Shown here: positions 8,750 through 17,115 of the stretch, piece by piece | How positions within the stretch are numbered: position 1 is the first letter of the stretch | How the letters are laid out: every line of letters starts with the position of its first letter | NCBI GenBank assembly: GCA_007130825.1 | Contig: SLRT01000018.1 | Location: 1-63,608, forward strand | From: Syntrophomonadaceae bacterium | GTDB lineage: Bacteria > Bacillota > Dethiobacteria > DTU022 | DNA length: 63,608 nucleotides | Direction: 5' to 3' | Position numbers and translations under genes: made by a program | Notes under the pieces: model-generated | What the model saw: only the letters and a program-made list of their open reading frames with translations | The model's database searches: none | Told to the model about the DNA's origin: nothing

Positions 8750-10027
8750 TTGCTATTTTTAGGCATGAGTATGTTGACGAAGTTACTGCTAGGTTTTCCA
8801 TTTATGGTTGTAATCCTGGGTTCATTGATCCTTTATTTCTGGATTTATATGCCCGGTTTTAATATGCATGTTTTAGTTCAGCAGGTGGTTTCCGGTATAA
8901 AGCCCCCGGCCCTGGTGGCAGTGCCCATGTTTATTCTCGGAGCGTCGATCATTACCTCCGGCCAGGCGGCGGGGAAGCTGATTGATATGGTTAAATCTTT
9001 TGTCGGGCATATCCCCGGCGGACTGCCGATTACCACAAACGCCAGCTGTACCCTTTTTGGTGCGGTTTCAGGTTCTACCCAGGCTACAGTGGCTGCAATC
9101 GGCGGCACCATGCGACCGATGCTTTTGCAGGCCGGTTACCCCAGTTCTTTTACCCTTGGCCTGATCATCAATTCCAGTGACATTGCTTTTTTAATTCCTC
9201 CCAGTATTGGCTTTATCGTTTACGGCGTGGTAACCGGCACTTCGATCGGTGAGCTTTTTCTGGCCGGAATCGGTCCCGGGTTGCTCATTTTTTTCTTGTT
9301 TTCTATATACAGTATTTTTTATTCCAGGTATAAAAAACTTGGCCAGCTTCCCAAGGCAAATTGGAGCCAGCGGGCCGCGGCCATTAAAGACGGTCTTCCC
9401 GTAGTTGGTTTTCCGGCGATTATTGTCGGCGGAATCTACGGCGGCATTTTCAGCCCAACCGAGGCGGCGGCTGCCGCGGTGGCCTATGCTCTCTTTTTGG
9501 AACTGGTGGTTTACCGCTCTCTTACAATAAACAGGTTGGTTGATAGCTTTTTACAAACCGGGGTAATTACCGGTGTTGTATTTATTTTGGTGGGCGCCGG
9601 GCAGGGGCTTTCCTGGATGTTAAGTTTCCTGCGTATACCGCAGCAAGTGCTTGGTCCAATGTTTGGAGTCGATCCTTCATATATAACCGTGGTCATGATT
9701 ATTGTCGTATCTTATTTTGTAGCCTGCATGTTTGTCGATCCGATTGTAGCTATCTATGTGCTAAGCCCTGTTTTTGCCCCCTATGTAATTCAGGCCGGTG
9801 TGGACCCGGTTTTGCTTGGTGTCCTGGTTACTCTGCAGGCGGCTATCGGATCAGCAACTCCGCCTTTTGGCTGTGATATATTTACGGCCCAGCTTATCTT
9901 CAGGCGGCCTTACCTGGAAGTGATCGGCCACACACCGCCTTTTATAGTAATTCTTATCCTGGTTACCGTGATCCTGGTGGCCTTTCCGCAAATAGCGCTG
10001 TTTTTGCCGGCTACCGCTTTATTGTAA
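8750..10027 (+). CDS. TRAP transporter large permease (DctM family)
   Basis: 425 aa and highly hydrophobic (about 12 TM), with DctM-like motifs (PMFILGA, FGAVSGS..AT). Confidence 0.9.
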   Translation: MLFLGMSMLTKLLLGFPFMVVILGSLILYFWIYMPGFNMHVLVQQVVSGIKPPALVAVPMFILGASIITSGQAAGKLIDMVKSFVGHIPGGLPITTNASCTLFGAVSGSTQATVAAIGGTMRPMLLQAGYPSSFTLGLIINSSDIAFLIPPSIGFIVYGVVTGTSIGELFLAGIGPGLLIFFLFSIYSIFYSRYKKLGQLPKANWSQRAAAIKDGLPVVGFPAIIVGGIYGGIFSPTEAAAAAVAYALFLELVVYRSLTINRLVDSFLQTGVITGVVFILVGAGQGLSWMLSFLRIPQQVLGPMFGVDPSYITVVMIIVVSYFVACMFVDPIVAIYVLSPVFAPYVIQAGVDPVLLGVLVTLQAAIGSATPPFGCDIFTAQLIFRRPYLEVIGHTPPFIVILILVTVILVAFPQIALFLPATALL

Positions 10028-10068
10028 GAATTAATTAAGTGATTATCAGGGTTTGGGGAGGTTTAATC

Positions 10069-10800
10069 TTGCGCTACCGGGCTAAACCGGGTCAGGTTAG
10101 TTACGGCGAGGCGATCGGCATACTGCTATTGGACAGCTGTGCGCCTTTTATTCCCGGTGACGTTGCCAATGCTTCCACTTTCAGCTTCCCGGTCCGTTTT
10201 CAGCGGGTGCCAGGTTTGAGTGTGGAGCGCATCTTTAATCATGACCTGACGCTTTTGGATGATGTAATTGAAGCGGCCCGGGAGTTAAAGAAAAACGGGG
10301 TTAGGGCGATAAGCGGTGACTGCGGTTTTATGGCTTTATACCAGCACGAACTGGCCGAAAGGGTGGGCCTGCCAGTTTTTATGTCCAGCCTTCTGCAGGT
10401 TCCTTTTATGAACCATTTGATTGGGAAAAAAGAAAAGATCGGTATTCTCACAGCCAATGCCGGTTCACTTAACAGCGAAGTGTTACGCCTTTGCGGAGCG
10501 GATTTCCCCGACAGGCTTGTTATTGGTGGGCTGGAGAACAGCCCTTATTTTCGGTCTGCATTTATTGAAGAAAACGGCGAGTTGGACAGGGAACAAGTTG
10601 AAAATGAAGCAGTTTCAACGGTTCAGAAAATGGTGGAAAATGTTCCTGAAATCAGGTTGCTACTACTTGAATGCAGTGTCCTTCCGCCCTACGGGGCGGT
10701 AATACAGCAGGCTACCGGTCTGCCGGTGTTTGATTATGTTACTATGATCAATTATGTATATAACGCAGTGGTGAAGCAGCGTTTCAACGGTTTTATGTAG
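10069..10800 (+). CDS. Asp/Glu/hydantoin-racemase-superfamily protein (EutA-like / arylmalonate-decarboxylase-like)
   Basis: IGILLLDSCAPFIPGDVANASTFSFPVRF..., GDCGFMALYQ and LLLECSVLPPY fit the two-Cys racemase-like fold family. The TTG at 10069 follows GGGGAGG; the ORF track starts at 10039. Confidence 0.7.
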   Translation: MRYRAKPGQVSYGEAIGILLLDSCAPFIPGDVANASTFSFPVRFQRVPGLSVERIFNHDLTLLDDVIEAARELKKNGVRAISGDCGFMALYQHELAERVGLPVFMSSLLQVPFMNHLIGKKEKIGILTANAGSLNSEVLRLCGADFPDRLVIGGLENSPYFRSAFIEENGELDREQVENEAVSTVQKMVENVPEIRLLLLECSVLPPYGAVIQQATGLPVFDYVTMINYVYNAVVKQRFNGFM

Positions 10801-10968
10801 TACGGTTTTTTTATATGAGCAAAAAATCAGGTTTTAGCTTCATTTTTACAAAGGTTTGCCTGGATAACCGGTTAAACTGCCGTTAATATAAATAAATTGT
10901 TGAAGGCAGGCTTAAATATAACAGCTTGAGGGCCTGCCAGGTAGCGGGTAAAACAAGGAGGACTGCGT

Positions 10969-12147
10969 ATGTCAAGTGTATTTTCAACCGGGGAATATCA
11001 GGAAAGGATCAAAAAAACCAAGCAAAAAATGACCGACAAGGGTATTGATCTGCTGATAATTTCTCAGCCGGCCAATATGAATTACCTGACCGGTTACGAT
11101 GGCTGGAGCTTTTACGTGCACCAGTGTGTGCTTGTGCACCAGGAACAGGAAGAACCGATGTGGCTGGGCCGCGGCATGGATGCCAACGGAGCCCGTTTGA
11201 CTACATTTTTATCTGAAGAAAACATCCGTGAATATGCCGATGATTACGTGCAATCGACGATCAAGCACCCGATGCAATTTGTGGCTGGTGTGATCAAGGA
11301 AAAGGGTTGGGAGAAAAGCGTAATCGGGGTGGAAATGGATCAATTCTACTTTACTCATCACGCCTTTACCTCCCTGGAAAGTTCTCTTCCCGGGGCCAGG
11401 TTTAGCGATGCCAATACCCTGGTTAACTGGGTCAGGGTAGTTAAATCAGACGCAGAAGTTGAATTCATCAAGCGGGCCGGAAAAATCTCAGAAAAAGTAA
11501 TGGATGCCGCCCGGAAAGCTATTAAAGTTGGCGTTCGCGAATGCGATGCAGCAGCAGCTGTTGCTTACGCTCAATATGCCGGCACCGCTCAATATGCCGG
11601 GGATTACCCGGCGATCGTTCCCCTGATGATGGCCGGGGAGGCGACCAAAACCCCACACCTGACCTGGACGGAAAAGATTTACCAGGAAGGTGAAGCAGTT
11701 TTACTTGAGCTCAGCGGAGCCTACAGGCGTTACCATGCCCCGATTGCCCGGACGCTTTTTTTAGGGAAAAAACCGCCTAAACTTCTCAATGATACCGCCT
11801 CGGTCGTGCTGGAAGGGCTCAACAAGGCACTTGAAACCATAAAACCGGGAGTAATCGTTGAAGAAGTGGAAGCGGCCTGGCGGCAGGGAATTGCCCATTC
11901 CACGGTGGTCAAGGAATCGCGGATCGGCTATTCTTTCGGGCTCAATTATCCGCCGGACTGGGGCGAACACACTATAAGTATCAGGCCGGGAGATAAAACT
12001 GTGTTGCAGCCGAACATGATGCTGCACCTGATCCCTGGAATCTGGTACGATGAAGTTGGTTTTGAATTGGATGCCAGTGTGCGGGTTATTCCCGGGGGTT
12101 ATGAATCGGTTTATGACTACCCACTGGAACTTTTTCTTGAAGGATGA
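10969..12147 (+). CDS. M24-family hydrolase with creatinase-type N-domain (Xaa-Pro peptidase / creatinase / ectoine-hydrolase DoeA-like)
   Basis: 392 aa. The N-domain reads GIDLLIISQPANMNYLTGYDGWSFYV. The C-terminal pita-bread fold reads AGDYPAIVPLMMAG...YHAPIARTLFLG...GYSFGL. Confidence 0.8.
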   Translation: MSSVFSTGEYQERIKKTKQKMTDKGIDLLIISQPANMNYLTGYDGWSFYVHQCVLVHQEQEEPMWLGRGMDANGARLTTFLSEENIREYADDYVQSTIKHPMQFVAGVIKEKGWEKSVIGVEMDQFYFTHHAFTSLESSLPGARFSDANTLVNWVRVVKSDAEVEFIKRAGKISEKVMDAARKAIKVGVRECDAAAAVAYAQYAGTAQYAGDYPAIVPLMMAGEATKTPHLTWTEKIYQEGEAVLLELSGAYRRYHAPIARTLFLGKKPPKLLNDTASVVLEGLNKALETIKPGVIVEEVEAAWRQGIAHSTVVKESRIGYSFGLNYPPDWGEHTISIRPGDKTVLQPNMMLHLIPGIWYDEVGFELDASVRVIPGGYESVYDYPLELFLEG

Positions 12148-12213
12148 AGAAGTTGAAGGATGAAGAAGAATGAAGAGATAAGGAAGAGATAGGGAAGAGA
12201 TAGGGAAGAGATA
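12139..12213 (+). repeat. Purine-rich tandem repeats overlapping the 3' end of the M24 gene
   Basis: GAAGGATGAAGAAG occurs twice, then four units of the 11-mer GAAGAGATA(A/G)(G/A). The stretch is almost entirely A and G on the + strand. Confidence 0.8.
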
Positions 12214-12249
12214 AAATAGAAATTCGGTGATGCTTATCTGAAATAAGCT

Positions 12250-12273
12250 TGGACCTGCACCGGTCCGGTTTTT
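12250..12273 (+). terminator. Probable intrinsic terminator after the M24 hydrolase gene
   Basis: GGACC TGCACC GGTCC hairpin followed by GGTTTTTG. Confidence 0.5.
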
Positions 12274-12332
12274 GTCCAGACTTAAATGTAACTGTATTGT
12301 AACTATATTATTATGCGAAAGGAGAATTAACC

Positions 12333-13181
12333 TTGTCTAAAAAGAGTGTTTTAGATTTCATCAGGATGAAAAAAGAAAATGACAAAGTGGCCTGGGTTAC
12401 CGCTTACGATTTTCCGACGGCGATGTTTGCCGAACAGGCCGGGATGGATATGATCCTGGTCGGAGATTCTTTGGGGATGGTTATTCTCGGTTACAAGGAT
12501 ACTATTCCTGTAACCATGGAAGATTGCCTCTCCCACAGCCGGGCAGTCCGCCGCGGTGCGCCCAAGACATGGATTGTCGGGGACATGCCTTTTGGTTCTT
12601 ACCAGACAAGTGACGAAGATGCGGTAAAAAATGCGGTTCGTTTCTTAAAAGAAGCCGATATGGATTGCATCAAGCTGGAGGGAGGCGTCCGGGTAGCCAG
12701 CCGGATCCGGGCCATCAACAATGCCGGCATCCTGGTCATGGGTCACATCGGGCTGACTCCGCAAAGCGCCGGTCAGCTGGGCGGTTTCAGGGCTACCGGT
12801 CGGGATGTAAAAACTGCCCGTAGTTTGATTGAAGATGCCCTGGCTGTCCAGGAAGCGGGAGCTTTTTCTATTCTCGTTGAAGCAGTTGCGCCCGAACTGA
12901 CCGAATTTTTGACCCGTAAACTTGACATCCCCGTTTACTCGATCGGCGCCGGAGTATACTGCGACGGTCAGCTTTTGATTTGCGGGGATATGCTTGGACA
13001 ATTCCAGGCCTTTACACCGAAATTTGTCAAGGTATATGCCAATATTGCTGAAACAAGTGTTAATGCTTTCAAACAGTACATTTCAGAAGTTAAAAACGAA
13101 GAATTTCCGACTGACGATTATGTTTATCCGCGTAAAGACAGTATGGAAGATTTCCAAAAGCTGTTTGATGAATACAGCTAA
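12333..13181 (+). CDS. panB: 3-methyl-2-oxobutanoate hydroxymethyltransferase (ketopantoate hydroxymethyltransferase)
   Basis: 282 aa. VAWVTAYDFPTAMFAEQAGMDMILVGDSLGMV...GDMPFGSYQ...KLEGG is the canonical PanB sequence. TTG start after AAAGGAG. Confidence 0.92.
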   Translation: MSKKSVLDFIRMKKENDKVAWVTAYDFPTAMFAEQAGMDMILVGDSLGMVILGYKDTIPVTMEDCLSHSRAVRRGAPKTWIVGDMPFGSYQTSDEDAVKNAVRFLKEADMDCIKLEGGVRVASRIRAINNAGILVMGHIGLTPQSAGQLGGFRATGRDVKTARSLIEDALAVQEAGAFSILVEAVAPELTEFLTRKLDIPVYSIGAGVYCDGQLLICGDMLGQFQAFTPKFVKVYANIAETSVNAFKQYISEVKNEEFPTDDYVYPRKDSMEDFQKLFDEYS

Positions 13182-13429
13182 AACCCAGTGGCAAATTTTT
13201 ATGTTAGTAGAACAATGAAAAGCAGCAAGTAAAGGCAGTAAAGGGGACTTTTGGGGCGCTTCTGAAGCGTAGTGGAATTTAACCGGGACATTTTTCCCAC
13301 AGAAGTTATCTCTTATTACCTTCGGGGAGTCGACGGTACCGTTCCTCTGGCGCAGCGGCTGAATAACTATAAGTAACTCTTTATTGCAGGGTTGGATTAT
13401 TAAATAATATATGGTGGAGGTTGTTTGCA

Positions 13430-14371
13430 ATGTCTTTCGAAAAGATTGAAAAGTATATTCAGGAAAAAACCGCTTTTCCTTTGCGGGATCGCTATGATTT
13501 ACCCACATCGCAGTTTACCTTTCCCGATGGTTCGCATTACCGGATTGAGATTGCCGGTATGGAAAATATTTCTAACCTGGAAATCATGACCAGAGAAGCA
13601 GAAAAAAGAAAAGTTCCTGTCCACCGGGTTATTTCAACGGTGAGAGGAGCGGCTCTGATGGATAAAAAGGAACTGGAAGAGTATGCCCGGTTTGCCGCAG
13701 ATAATAAATATGAAGTGATCATTAATCCGATACCAAGCAGGGGCTGGGATAGCGGCCGCCAGTATACAACTTCAGAAGGGTATGTCTCCGGCATGCGGCT
13801 CAGAGGCAGCGACAAAGTATATGAGTGGTTAAAGGAGTTTGACCGCTGCCTGGAAGCCGGCATCCGCGGTTTTCTGATACCCGATGAAGGCTTATTGGCC
13901 CTGGTCACGCAAATGAGGGCAGACGGAGTTTTCTCGGATGATGTGAAGTTCAAAGTATCGGTTTTTGCCGGCCATGGCAGTCCCCACGGCGGGAAACTGC
14001 TTGAGGATCTGGGCGCCGACAGCTTTAATCCGCTTGGTGACCTGACTTTACCCATGTTGGCCTCGATCAGAAGCACAGTAAAACTGCCCCTGGACATTTA
14101 TGTCAGCCTGGTCGAATCGATGGGTGGATTCCAGCGTTTCCACGAATGTCCGGATATTGCCCGAATCAGCGCCCCGGTATATTTCAAGATCGAACCAGGC
14201 CGGTCCGAGGCCGAGATGTACAACGCCTGGGTGGACGACGGATTACTCAACCACCTTGCCGCCCACCGGGTAAAAATTGCCCAGATCTGTATCGAATGGG
14301 TGGAACGATCCGGCTTAGGCCTGGTCTTAAAAGATGGCGGAGACGATCTGTCTGTTCCCAGGCCTGTATAG
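13430..14371 (+). CDS. Conserved-looking hypothetical protein of about 313 aa, family not recognised
   Basis: Long ORF with ordinary composition. The ATG at 13430 follows GGTGGAGG. I recognise no motif; the alternating hydrophobic/charged pattern may suggest an alpha/beta-barrel enzyme. Confidence 0.6.
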   Translation: MSFEKIEKYIQEKTAFPLRDRYDLPTSQFTFPDGSHYRIEIAGMENISNLEIMTREAEKRKVPVHRVISTVRGAALMDKKELEEYARFAADNKYEVIINPIPSRGWDSGRQYTTSEGYVSGMRLRGSDKVYEWLKEFDRCLEAGIRGFLIPDEGLLALVTQMRADGVFSDDVKFKVSVFAGHGSPHGGKLLEDLGADSFNPLGDLTLPMLASIRSTVKLPLDIYVSLVESMGGFQRFHECPDIARISAPVYFKIEPGRSEAEMYNAWVDDGLLNHLAAHRVKIAQICIEWVERSGLGLVLKDGGDDLSVPRPV

Positions 14372-14408
14372 AAGTTTATTCGAAGACACTTATTACGGCG
14401 CCCATGCA

Positions 14409-14442
14409 CCCTCCCCTCCCCGTTAAGACGGGGAGGGGAGGG
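14409..14442. other. Perfect 14-bp GC-rich hairpin (CCCTCCCCTCCCCG / CGGGGAGGGGAGGG) with no U-tract
   Basis: Arms at 14409-14422 and 14429-14442 with loop TTAAGA. It lies between the hypothetical gene and the dehydrogenase gene. Confidence 0.6.
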
Positions 14443-14532
14443 GTAAAAGGCAATTTGAAAAAAAATAATAACAGTTTATAGAGTCAAACAGATTATGACC
14501 TGTTTAAATTACTTAAGAAGGGATTGGTTATT

Positions 14533-15768
14533 ATGAGTGCGAATCCACTCAGCACCGCCCTGTATTCCCTGCGCCAGGCAGCCGGCTTGGCCGGTCTTGA
14601 TCCAAAAGTGATCGAACTCCTAAGCACACCGAAGCGGACCATGGAATTTACCTTTCCGATGCGTATGGACAACGGCGAGGTGCGGATATTTACTGCTTAC
14701 CGGGTCCACTGGTGTGATGCTTTGGGCGGTTTTAAAGATGGGACAAGGTTTACCGAAAACCTGACCCTGGATGAGTTGAAGGCCTTGGCGCTGTGGATGA
14801 CCATCAAGCATAGTGTAGGCGGGATTCCCGCCGGTGGCGGTAAAGGGGGTATTGTAGTTAACCCTGAAGATTTGAGCGAGTGGGAATTGGAGAGGCTTTC
14901 TCGAAATTACATGCGCCACTTACCCATGAAGGGAGCCTGGGTTGATGTGCCCGGTGCAGATATAGGCACCAGCGAAAAGACCCAGGGTTGGATGCTTGAC
15001 GAATACGAGTCGATTATCGGATTTCACAGCCCGGCAGCGGTTAACGACAAACCGACCGCGGTGAGCGGTACTCTTGGAACTGATGAAGCTACCGGGCTTG
15101 GGGTTTACTTTGTTTTTGAGCAGGTGGTGAAAGATTTTGGCTTTGAAAAAAACTGCAGCGTTGCAGTGCAGGGATTCGGTAAAGTAGGTTCGATTCTGGC
15201 TAAATACCTCACAGAAAACGGCTATAAAGTAATTGCTGTCAGCGATGTCTATGGTGGAATATTTTCAGCCAACGGTATAGATTGCATAAAATTGAATGAA
15301 CATCTCAGTAAAACAGGTTCGGTGGTTGATTTTCCGGGTACTGAACCTGTTTCCAATGATGATTTACTGGAACAGGAAGTCGATGTTCTGATCCCGGCTG
15401 CCGTGCAGAGTGTAATAAATGAAGATAACGCTTCGCGGATCAAAGCTAAAATGATCATTGAAGCAGCCAACGGCCCGGTAACTTCGGAGGCAGAAGAAGA
15501 ACTCAGGGCTAAAAATATTCCGGTGATCCCTGATGTAGCCTCCAATGTCGGAGGGGCGATTGTTTGCCACTTTGAGCGAATCCAGGGCCTTACCGACGAA
15601 TACTGGGATATCGCGAGAGTCAGGAGCCAGCTAAAGGACTGGATTACAAGGGCTTATCATCAGATGCTGGCCACAGCTGCAGATAAAAAAGTTTCTTTAC
15701 GCATGGCGGCCTGGATTAATGCCCTGTTGAAAATCGAGGCTTCGGTTAAAAAGCGGGGCTGGGTGTAA
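14533..15768 (+). CDS. Glu/Leu/Phe/Val-family amino-acid dehydrogenase (glutamate-dehydrogenase-like)
   Basis: About 411 aa. The catalytic Lys motif is GGIPAGGGKGGIVVNP and the Rossmann motif is VAVQGFGKVGS. The ORF track starts at 14524. Confidence 0.9.
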   Translation: MSANPLSTALYSLRQAAGLAGLDPKVIELLSTPKRTMEFTFPMRMDNGEVRIFTAYRVHWCDALGGFKDGTRFTENLTLDELKALALWMTIKHSVGGIPAGGGKGGIVVNPEDLSEWELERLSRNYMRHLPMKGAWVDVPGADIGTSEKTQGWMLDEYESIIGFHSPAAVNDKPTAVSGTLGTDEATGLGVYFVFEQVVKDFGFEKNCSVAVQGFGKVGSILAKYLTENGYKVIAVSDVYGGIFSANGIDCIKLNEHLSKTGSVVDFPGTEPVSNDDLLEQEVDVLIPAAVQSVINEDNASRIKAKMIIEAANGPVTSEAEEELRAKNIPVIPDVASNVGGAIVCHFERIQGLTDEYWDIARVRSQLKDWITRAYHQMLATAADKKVSLRMAAWINALLKIEASVKKRGWV

Positions 15769-15862
15769 GCCTTATTCAAGAACACCCGAATCAGCGATGC
15801 CAATGCCCTTGACCATGTTTGCCGGGTATGCTTAAATGGACATATCCGGCATATTACCATAT

Positions 15863-15940
15863 GCGCCCGTAGCTCAGCCCGGATAGAGTAACTGACTTCG
15901 AATCAGCAGGTCGCAGGTTCGAATCCTGCCGGGCGCACCA
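15863..15940 (+). tRNA. tRNA-Arg (anticodon TCG)
   Basis: Hand-folded cloverleaf. The acceptor stem is GCGCCCG/CGGGCGC. The anticodon loop is CT-TCG-AA. The T-arm is GCAGG-TTCGAAT-CCTGC. The CCA end is encoded. Confidence 0.9.
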
Positions 15941-15964
15941 GTATAAAAAAAGGGTTTTCGGGGA

Positions 15965-16288
15965 TCATGGTTCCCTGAAAACCCTTATCGGTTTATATAA
16001 AAACATCTTCAACCCGGTAGCATATATAAATAAAAATAACTCCCTTAACTCCGGTTTTAAAAATTCTTGAACCTCAAAAACATAACCTTCAGGCCCATTG
16101 ATCAAAAAAGACTTTAGTCCTATATCTTTTAAAGCCTTGATTTCCCCTATGCCGGTTCTAAATACCCGCGCCCATCTTACGTCCAGCGCTATTTCCAGCT
16201 CAAGGACTTTTTCGAAAAAGGAACAAGCAGCAGAAAAATCATCAAAATACAGGAATGTTATTTGAGATGACACCTTGCTAACACTCAT
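15965..16288 (-). pseudogene. Glyoxalase/VOC-family remnant (internally shortened)
   Basis: The N-terminus ITFLYFDDFSAACSFFEKVLELEIALDVRWARVFR and the later FLINGPEGYVFEVQEF resemble the two ends of a VOC domain. The middle is missing and an unrelated tail is appended. Confidence 0.4.
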
Positions 16289-16630
16289 AATGAGCCACCA
16301 TCCTTGTTTAAGATAAACTATACATTTTCAACAATAAGCATCCAGGGCGCCGTATATTGTAAAGTATTAAAGTGGCAAGAGAAGCAATATATTCATGTTC
16401 TAATCAATTTAATAAGATTTGTGCAAGGAATACTGAAAAATATGAAGAAATATATGCTAAACAAAAAAGAATAATGCCGGACAATATCAAATCAACCATC
16501 TCTCCACAGGATTATTTCAAAGAAAAGAAATTCATTGCAAGGACAGGTTCTTAAGGATAGGGTCTTAATGATAGTTTTCACTGCCAGATTGTCCGCTGAA
16601 CCGGCTAAAGCAAGAAAGATAGACGGTATC

Positions 16631-16772
16631 TTAAGGGCCTTACTTCCAAAATCCAGTGCATTATTAGCAGGACTTTTTTGAAAGATCCCGCAAAAGCCGG
16701 GGAACCGTGCGTTTGACAGGTGCTATTTCTAACCTCAACTTTGATGAAACTGGTTTGCCCGGGTCAGGTTTG
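16631..16772 (+). repeat. Dispersed intergenic repeat, copy A (most diverged)
   Basis: Aligns by eye with copies B-E through the blocks GACTTTTTTGA.AGATCCCGCAAA.GCC, CGTTTGACAGG, CAACTTTGATG and a CTGG/CCGG hairpin. Confidence 0.7.
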
Positions 16773-16800
16773 ATGCTTTAAATAGGAGGGGGGATGAAGT

Positions 16801-16908
16801 ATGAGTTATGTTATGACATATCTTAATGCAATAATTTTTATAGCTATAGTTTTGGGAACTTTCATCGGGGTATATTTACTTGTTCGCAGCAGTTTTGAAG
16901 ATAAATAA
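16801..16908 (+). CDS. Possible 35-aa hydrophobic peptide (MSYVMTYLNAIIFIAIVLGTFIGVYLLVRSSFEDK)
   Basis: Below the ORF-track size cut-off. AGGAGG lies 11 nt upstream. It has a single TM helix with a charged tail and sits directly downstream of repeat copy A. Confidence 0.3.
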   Translation: MSYVMTYLNAIIFIAIVLGTFIGVYLLVRSSFEDK

Positions 16909-17115
16909 ACGTTTCCGAGCCAAAATTTTAGCGTAACTGTTTTCGGTTTTCAAAGAACTTGGTAGCCGGTCAGGCCAGCCTGAGCCGATACAAGCGAATT
17001 GACAACCGCTTGATCATCAGCAGGAAAGACCTGAAATCAAATAGCAGGGCTTTTTTCTATCATAAAATAGACATATCTGCGGTGCAAGGTGCAGGTTTTT
17101 ATAATATTATTTAGG

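Noticed and set aside
12139-12213. Purine-rich tandem repeats considered as a CRISPR-like array.
   Set aside because: The units are only 11-14 nt and directly abutting, with no spacers. There is no cas gene in the window.
13083-14409. Minus-strand ORFs 13083-13508 (141 aa), 13537-14097 (186 aa) and 14098-14409 (103 aa).
   Set aside because: They are antisense to panB and the 313-aa plus-strand gene. They have Ser/Arg/Pro-rich composition, no RBS and no recognisable motifs.
16372-16554. 60-aa ORF (MAREAIYSCSNQFNKICARNTEKYEEIY...).
   Set aside because: It has no convincing RBS, a Lys/Asn/Ile-rich composition typical of AT-rich non-coding DNA, and no recognisable family.
16671-16700. c-di-GMP-I (GEMM) riboswitch resemblance inside the dispersed repeat (GGCAAGA...CCCGCAAA(A/T)GCC).
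   Set aside because: The stems that should flank the GCAAA and ACGCAAAGCC elements do not pair, and they do not covary between the five copies. The resemblance is limited to short strings.
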